From NCBI GenBank assembly GCA_963583225.1, contig CAUZVJ010000001.1, positions 1 through 26,764 of the forward strand: 26,764 nucleotides of DNA, read 5' to 3'. Positions 25,902 to 26,764 of the stretch are shown piece after piece. This stretch comes from Verrucomicrobiia bacterium (GTDB lineage: Bacteria; Verrucomicrobiota; Verrucomicrobiia; Limisphaerales; UBA1096). Position 1 is the stretch's first letter. Each line of letters opens with the position of its first letter. The position numbers and the translations under genes were made by a program. Below the pieces are notes generated by a model. The model was not told where the DNA came from and ran no database searches. It saw nothing but the letters and a program-made list of their open reading frames with translations.

Positions 25902-26420
25902 TTAGCGTCCGACGGCTTCAAGTTCCTTCTTGGTTTTGCCGCCGTGTTTGCGGAGGAGATCGGCGGTTTCGAGGTTGCATTTGCTCTGGGTGGCCAAATC
26001 CTGCGGTGTTCGCCCGCTCTCGCCCTTCGCATTCACATCCGCGCCATTGGAGATAAGCAGTTCGACGATTTCCTTGCGACCTCCAAAAGCCGCTTCATGC
26101 AAAGGAGTCCATCCATCAACATTTTTCGCATTCACATCCGCGCCACCAGCCAAGTGTTGTTTGACGGCTCCGATGTTTTCCAAACTGGCAGCTTGATGAA
26201 TTGTGACGCCTGATGCTTCAACTTTGGCTTTCGGTGGTTCTGCCTTTGCAGCTTCGGCAACGGTTTCAACCGGTTTTCCAATAGTTTTCATGGCTTAACC
26301 CGTTTTGCCACTGGATTCCCGGGGAAGCTCGGCGGTTTCGGTCCGTTTGAATCGGACGGCAAAATCTGGTGGTGTCTGGTTATTCTTGGTCTTCGCATTC
26401 ACATCCTCTGCGACTTCCAT
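25902..26420 (-). pseudogene. Ankyrin-repeat gene split by an in-frame nonsense codon (track ORF 25902-26291 is its 3' part)
   Basis: The same frame upstream reads MEVAEDVNAKTKNNQTPPDFAVRFKRTETAELPRESSGKTG*AMKTIGKPVETVAEAAK..., a decayed ankyrin + KHGGKTG module with TAA at 26295-26297. No signal peptide is recovered; the 5' end is eroded. Confidence 0.7.
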
Positions 26421-26704
26421 GTTACCAGAATTGCCTGCATTACAAATACAAATTTTCCGGGCTTGCACCTGTGCTGTTTGTCTGTATATTGCTGCTTGCT
26501 GGGAATCTCTGTTCTCGTTGAGGGATTGTTATTCAACGAACCCTGTTGATACCGAGAATCACCGGGATTTTGAGTATATCCGCCAATCCAGCTGAAAAAC
26601 CCTTTCAAGCAACGCTTGATTAAGGATTGGCGTCTGATTCTGCCTACTGCCACCCGTGTTGATCAGACCGAGTGGGTCGGCAAACGAGTGTAGTGGTAAA
26701 AAAT

Positions 26705-26764
26705 ATGATTAATACCGTAGTTCCAAGCGCGATCATACTCGCCGCAGGCATGGGCGTACGCATG
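26705..26764 (+). CDS. Nucleotidyltransferase (NTP_transferase fold), 5' fragment
   Basis: MINTVVPSAIILAAGMGVRM matches the AxILAAGxGxR signature; truncated by the window edge. Confidence 0.75.
   Translation, partial: MINTVVPSAIILAAGMGVRM

Noticed and set aside
24860-25905. Ankyrin genes as integron cassettes with attC sites
   Set aside because: TAAC occurs near one stop, but I found no proper RYYYAAC...GTTRRRY pair with an intervening palindrome, and there is no integrase.
26399-26653. 84-aa minus-strand ORF
   Set aside because: No recognisable motif, and it overlaps the eroded ankyrin remnant in another frame.
1-26764. Window begins and ends with CATG
   Set aside because: A 4-bp match falling in Met codons of truncated genes; likely chance or a windowing effect.
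1-26764. tRNA, rRNA, riboswitch or transposase genes
   Set aside because: None recognised; intergenic gaps are short and are explained by the repeats, promoters and terminators listed.

Overview
GC-rich chromosomal segment, most likely from a Verrucomicrobiota (PVC) bacterium; this is inferred from the DUF1549/DUF1553 and PPC genes, the KHGGKT-type ankyrin lipoproteins and the mreBCD-mrdA-rodA-rne order. Core content in order: a PPC-domain gene (partial), a DUF1549/1553 gene, miaE, rpmH-rnpA-yidD-yidC-jag, thrS, serA, a decayed Lon-N-domain gene, a coiled-coil gene coupled to moaA and followed by a PilB/GspE ATPase, the mreB-mreC-mreD-mrdA-rodA-rne operon, a CE15 esterase, a lower-GC ankyrin/lipoprotein patch and the start of an NTP-transferase. 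The strongest signal not explained by these genes is a highly iterated palindrome, (G)CGCTTGGCCAAGCG(C). I counted by hand at least 15 perfect CTTGGCCAAG and 28 TTGGCCAA copies in 26.8 kb. They occur inside genes in two different reading frames, within 0-4 nt of several stop codons, and as concatemers of a 12-bp unit with two dyad axes. Three unrelated REP/MITE-like inverted-repeat elements are also present. Start codons differing from the ORF track are my choices, and all family assignments come from motif recognition, not database searches.
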